This document shows positions 59,061-64,000 of a stretch of 64,000 nucleotides of DNA, in pieces. Numbering within the stretch: position 1 is the stretch's first letter; every line of letters starts with the position of its first letter. Where the stretch lies: NCBI GenBank assembly GCA_039096225.1, contig JBBPEB010000007.1, forward strand, positions 744,001 to 808,000. Reading direction: 5' to 3'. The stretch is from Blastocystis sp. Blastoise. Taxonomy: Eukaryota > Protista > Bigyra: Opalinata. Below the pieces are notes generated by a model. The model worked only from the letters and a program-made list of their open reading frames with translations, searched no databases and had not been told where the DNA came from. The position numbers and the translations under genes are program-made.

Positions 59061-60883
59061 TAATAAAATAAAAATAAAATTTAATAATATATCATATTAA
59101 TCATATAAGATATAATAAAATAAATATGTGATAAGTCATGTAGCATTTTGTTTTGTTATAAAAGGGTGTAATAGGAATTTAGAAGATATAGCTGAAATAA
59201 TGAAAATAAACATGAATAATCTCATATCTACTAAATATAGAGAATCTTCATCATAAGAAAAATGAATGGTTAAGAATAAAAGAGAAAGAAAAATTTTATT
59301 TCTATGAGGAAAATGGATATTGTTATTGTTATTTTCAATTTATCATAATTATCATAAGTAATACAAAAATTGTTTTATTTTAAAGAATTATATAGTTATT
59401 TATCATTATATCATTTTATAATCAGTTTTGACTATGGAAGAGTGATTTTTATCCTTAATTGTCAAAATTATTTTTAGTATCACTCAGTAAGTATAAGTCT
59501 TTTAAAAAATAAATATAGGTTACAATACAGACTTATAGAGAAGACTCTGAAACTTCTATTTCCAGAATAAAAGTCATTTATATAATCCAGAATGATTGCC
59601 TGAATCATTATTTAAAGAATCAGTTTTATCACATATCTTCAATAAAATTATAAAATAAAGAAAATGAAGATAAAAAGGTCTAGAGTCGAAAAATGTTATG
59701 AAATATTATCTTTTTAATGTATTTGTCCCGATTTTTTATTAATCTGTTATCATAATATGACAAAGAGAGTGGTAAAAACATTTTAAAAGTGAATTAAAGC
59801 AATAATTGGAATCAAGTTAAAGTCTTCTAATACCTTTAAATAGACTTGAAATACATAGAGTAAGCATTTTTTCATGCAAATAGTGTTTTTCATTTAAATA
59901 ATATCAAAAACAAATCAAAATAGTATTTTATAATTACTCAGCAAGAACTTTTTCTAGTATTCAAGGACTTACTATTATCAAATATACGTATAAACAAACA
60001 AAAATCATATTTTATATATTTTTAGTTGAATAGTCGGAGTCGTGTTGATAGTTTATTATAAAACAAATGCAAAAATCACTTTTTTGTCAAAAAAAGTCTT
60101 ATATCGATATATAGTTTTATTCATAATTTATTTATTGTCTACAAACTCTGTGTATTCATTTTAAGTGATTTTTAGTAAAACTAAAATTATTTGAAATACA
60201 TATTCTAATTTCGAAAATGACAAAAACATATTATATTACATATTTAGTGTTTAAATGAAGTTTAAAAGTTATTAAAATATCAATTAGTTAAAAAATATAA
60301 AATATTGAGAATCTCCATTTTTATGACTTGTCTTAAATCACGTTAAAGGTGTATAATTGAATAGTTGCATTGATTATTTGTATGATTCTAGTAATATTTT
60401 CTAAGAATTTTGTTTTTTAACAAGAATAAATTCTTAATTTATTGTTTATCAACTTAAAAATGTATTTAAATGATTATTTTCTTGTGTAAAAGGGTATAGT
60501 GGTTATATGAAAAAAAAATTACGCAGAATCATTTGATAATATAATTTTGAAAAATAGAATTATTATTTTGAACTAAACTAATTTTTCACATATACTCATT
60601 ATAAAACGACTTGAATAATCTTTTGAGAAGATTATTTTGTTTTATAATACACTTAAGAAGTAATTGAATGTTATTGTGTCTCTTTTTGTTAAAAAGATTA
60701 TTTTGAATGCTATTTTTGATTGATCTATATATTATCAATGCATTCAATGATGAAATAAATACATATGTAAAGAAAAAATAGTAATTGATCTAATTTATCT
60801 TCATCTATTTGAATAGATAATTTTTGAAAAAATTAATATAATATAATTATTGATACCTATATATAAAGAATTAGTTATGTAAT

Positions 60884-60956
60884 TGACCTTAAGACAGGAA
60901 TTGAACCTGTTTTCTATCATAAACTGATAGATACTTACCAATATAAGCTTAAGGAT
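60884..60956 (-). tRNA. tRNA-like cloverleaf / tRNA pseudogene with an atypical anticodon arm
   Basis: The minus strand reads ATCCTTAA-GCTTA TATTGG TAAGT-A-TCTATCA GTTTA TGATAGA-AA-ACAGG TTCAATT CCTGT-CTTAAGGTCA. All four stems pair and the B-box GGTTCAATTCC is present. Confidence 0.55.
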
Positions 60957-61214
60957 AATATAGAATAAAAATACATAAATGAAAGTAAAATAGTAGGAAT
61001 AATGAGTCAGTATGATGTGTAAGGATATATTTATATATGTATAAGTGAAAAAGGATGCTAGAAGAAGGGAAAAGAAGTAAAAAAGAATAAAAGAGAAAGA
61101 AATATAAAGTAAATGAGATAGGGTCTTTAATTATTGAGATTAATAAAAAAAATGAAAAATAATTTATAATAAATGACAAAGATAGATATATAGAGATCTA
61201 TAATAATAAGGAAT

Positions 61215-61770
61215 GCAGAAGAGAAGAGGATTAGAGGATAAAGAATAAGAAGAAGATAAGGAAGATAAGGAAGAAGATAAGGAAGATAAGGAAGAATAAG
61301 AAGAAGATAAGGAAGAAGATAAGGAAGATAAGGAAGAATAAGAAGAAGATAAGGAAGAATAAGAAGAAGAAAAGAAGAATAGGAAGAAGATAAGGAAGAT
61401 AAGGAAGAAGAAGAAAAGAAGAATAGGAAGAAGATAAGGAAGAAGAAGAAGAATAGGAAGAAGAATAAGAAGATAAGGAAGAATAAGAAGAATAAGAAGA
61501 TAAGGAAGATAAGGAAGAAGAAGAAGAAGATAAGGAAGAAGAAGAAAAGAAGAATAGGAAGAAGAAGAAAAAGAAAAGAAGAATAGGAAGAAGATAAGGA
61601 AGAAGAAGAAGAATAGGAAGAAGAATAAGAAGATAAGGAAGATAAGGAAGAATAAGAAGAAGATAAGGAAGAAGAAGAAAAGAAGAATAGGAAGAAGATA
61701 AGGAAGAAGAAGAAGAATAGGAAGAAGAATAAGAAGATAAGGAAGATAAGGAAGAATAAGAAGAAGGAAA
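61215..61770. repeat. Degenerate (GAA)n / GAAGATAAG satellite with higher-order duplications
   Basis: Repeating GAAGATAAG, GAAGAATAAG and GAAGAATAG units, with essentially no C on the + strand. Confidence 0.9.
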
Positions 61771-62699
61771 TGAATAATGACAACAAGAAGATGAAGAATA
61801 AATAGAATAATGATAAGAAAGAATAAATAGATTAATAAGAGAACAAGAGGATGAATGTGAAGAAGAGACAAGGAAGGAGGTGAAAAAAAGAAAGAAAAGT
61901 AAGATAAAGAATAGGAAGAAGATATACAAGAAAATGAAGAAGAAGAGAAAGAAAAGAAAAGAAGAATAAACAAGAAACATATATAGAGAAACAGAAAGAT
62001 ATAAAGAAATAAAAGAGATAGATAGATAGATAGATAGATAGAGAGAAAAAAAATACAAAGATATAAATAGATAGATACACTAATAGATGAATAGAAAGAA
62101 AGAAGAAAAGAGAGACATAAAGAAGAAATTAGATAGAAAGAGATAGAATTCTATATAGAATGAGAGATATACAAAAGAAATCAAATGAAATAGAGAATAA
62201 GATAAAAATAGATACAAGAATAAAGATAAAAAGAGAAATAGAGGAGTAGGGAAGGTGTATAAAAAAGAAAGAATATAAAGATAGGTAGAGAGGAATTGAG
62301 AAGGATAGAGAAGGAGGAGGAAAACAGATAGAATTGGAAGACGAAGAAAAGAAGATGAGACGAAGAAGGGAGAAAAAAGGAGCAGGAAGTGAATATCAAG
62401 AAAGATAAATTTATATAGAAAAAAATTAGAAAGAAAAATACATACAAAGAAAACGATAGGGAATGATAGAGAGAATTATAATTTGAATGACATAGAGAGA
62501 AGGAGAGACAAAGCAAGATAAAGAAGTATAATAGAAAAAACAAAGAAGAAAAAAAGAAGAATAAAAAAAGAAAAGATAGAACAATAGTATATGAGAGAAG
62601 AAAGAGACAGAAAGAAAACGGGAAATAGGGTAGAGACATAGAAGGTAATAAAATATATAGAAGGGGAGAGGGGATTGAGATAAATAAATAGATAGATAT

Positions 62700-62772
<73 letters not shown>

Positions 62773-64000
62773 GATAGAAGAATACCGAAAGATATAGAGA
62801 AGGAGATAAATATTAATAAAAAGGAAAATATGGATAGAGAGGAGATAGAATCAAACAGAGAAGGAGAAGTAGATAAAAGTCGATTGAGGGAAGAGAGAAG
62901 TAGATTAAAATAAAAACAAATAGCAAGAGTTAAAAGGAAGAAGGGAAGAATATAGAATGATTTGAAGAATGAGATGTATATAGAAGTGAATAGAAGGAAA
63001 TAGAGAAGGAGAAGTAGATAGAAAAGATTAAAAATAGAAGGAGATAGAAAGATAAGAGAATGATATAGATACAATAGAATGAGATAGAGAAGATAAAGTA
63101 GATAGAAATGGATAGAAATAAGAAAAATAAATAGGATAAGAGAGAAAGAGAGATAAAAGGATATAAAAGGATATAGAAGGAGAGAAAACGGATTGAGATG
63201 TAGTAAGATGGAAGGATGTAGATGGAAATAGAGAAGTAGATAGAAGATGATGGAGAATAAAGAGGAGATAGAAGAGGAGATAGAAGGAGAAAAAGAAGAA
63301 GAGGAAGTAAATTAAGTTAGAAGGAGATATAATAAGATAGAGAAGTAGATATACGTAGATATAAGGAAATATACGAAGATATAAGTAGATAAGAGAAAAT
63401 AGAAGGAAATAGAGAATGAGATTGAGACACATAAATGAGGTAGAATGAGATAGATAAGGATAGAGAAATATGAAGAGAAATATAGGAATACAGAGAGATA
63501 GAATGATGTTGAAAGAGAAAGAAAAGGAAAGACTGAAGATTGAGACAGAAGGAGTAGCTGAGATAAAAGGAAGATAGAGAAGGAAATTGAAAGATGAAGG
63601 AAGAAGGAGAGAAGATGAAAGAAGAAGAATATAGAAGAAGATAGAGAATGAGATAATAGGGATAGAAAGAGAAAAATAGGAAAAAAGATGGTTAGAAGAA
63701 AATAGAAAAGGAGAAAGAAGGAGAGATAGAAGGAGAAATAGAAGGATATAAAAGAGATTAAGAAAGAAGTTAGAGACAAGAAGATATAGATATATAGAAA
63801 GAAATAAAAGGATTAAATAGAAGATTAAGATAGAAGAAAAGAGACAAAATAGAAGTAGATATAACAATATAGAGAATGAAAGGATAGAAATAAAAATAGA
63901 AAATAGATAACTAGAACATAAGAATATATAATAATAGAGAGAAGGAGAGAGAGAAAAAAAAAGTAGATATAAAGTGGAAAAGGAGACATAGAAGGAAATA
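61770..64000. repeat. Purine-rich low-complexity tract including (GATA)n at about 62018-62041 and 62690-62770
   Basis: Extreme A/G skew. The minus-strand 'ORFs' are F/L/S/Y-only artefacts. Confidence 0.85.

Noticed and set aside
61127-63867. Long minus-strand ORFs (219-297 aa), or an E/K/D-rich + strand protein with reassigned stops
   Set aside because: Pyrimidine-only strands lack stops by composition. The + strand shifts frame repeatedly, and the recognised genes here use TAA/TAG as normal stops with no in-frame readthrough.

Overview
This is very AT-rich eukaryotic nuclear DNA using the standard genetic code. It is gene-dense and intron-rich from 1 to about 57.4 kb, then turns into a gene-poor, repeat-rich block from about 57.4 to 64 kb. 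The style suits an AT-rich protist, possibly a Blastocystis-like stramenopile, but that is inference only. Most entries in the ORF track are intronic (TA)n/(TAA)n artefacts. Manual splicing gives 21 protein genes: RecQ (partial), CDK, PRMT5, signal peptide peptidase, RPSA, RPL6, CWF19L2, LSm8, a UBL-like protein, a GOLD+PX protein, CNBP-like, SmD3, FAM204A-like, a hypothetical, SEC13, NACA, a Ki-67-like FHA/PHD/SAP protein, UPF3-like, STK11IP-like, KAE1/OSGEP and a MORN protein. Three observations stand out. (1) Eight non-GT or non-AG splice sites all carry deviant bases that copy the spliced mRNA junction. This could be an RNA-read polishing artefact or real RNA-templated change. (2) The terminal locus combines a 3x73-bp GC-rich repeat, a five-exon spliced transcript with no long ORF, a tRNA-like cloverleaf with an aberrant anticodon arm, and about 2.8 kb of polypurine satellite. 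(3) A CCCGC/GCGGG motif recurs inside exons. Exon coordinates were derived by hand, and homology calls come from remembered motifs rather than searches.
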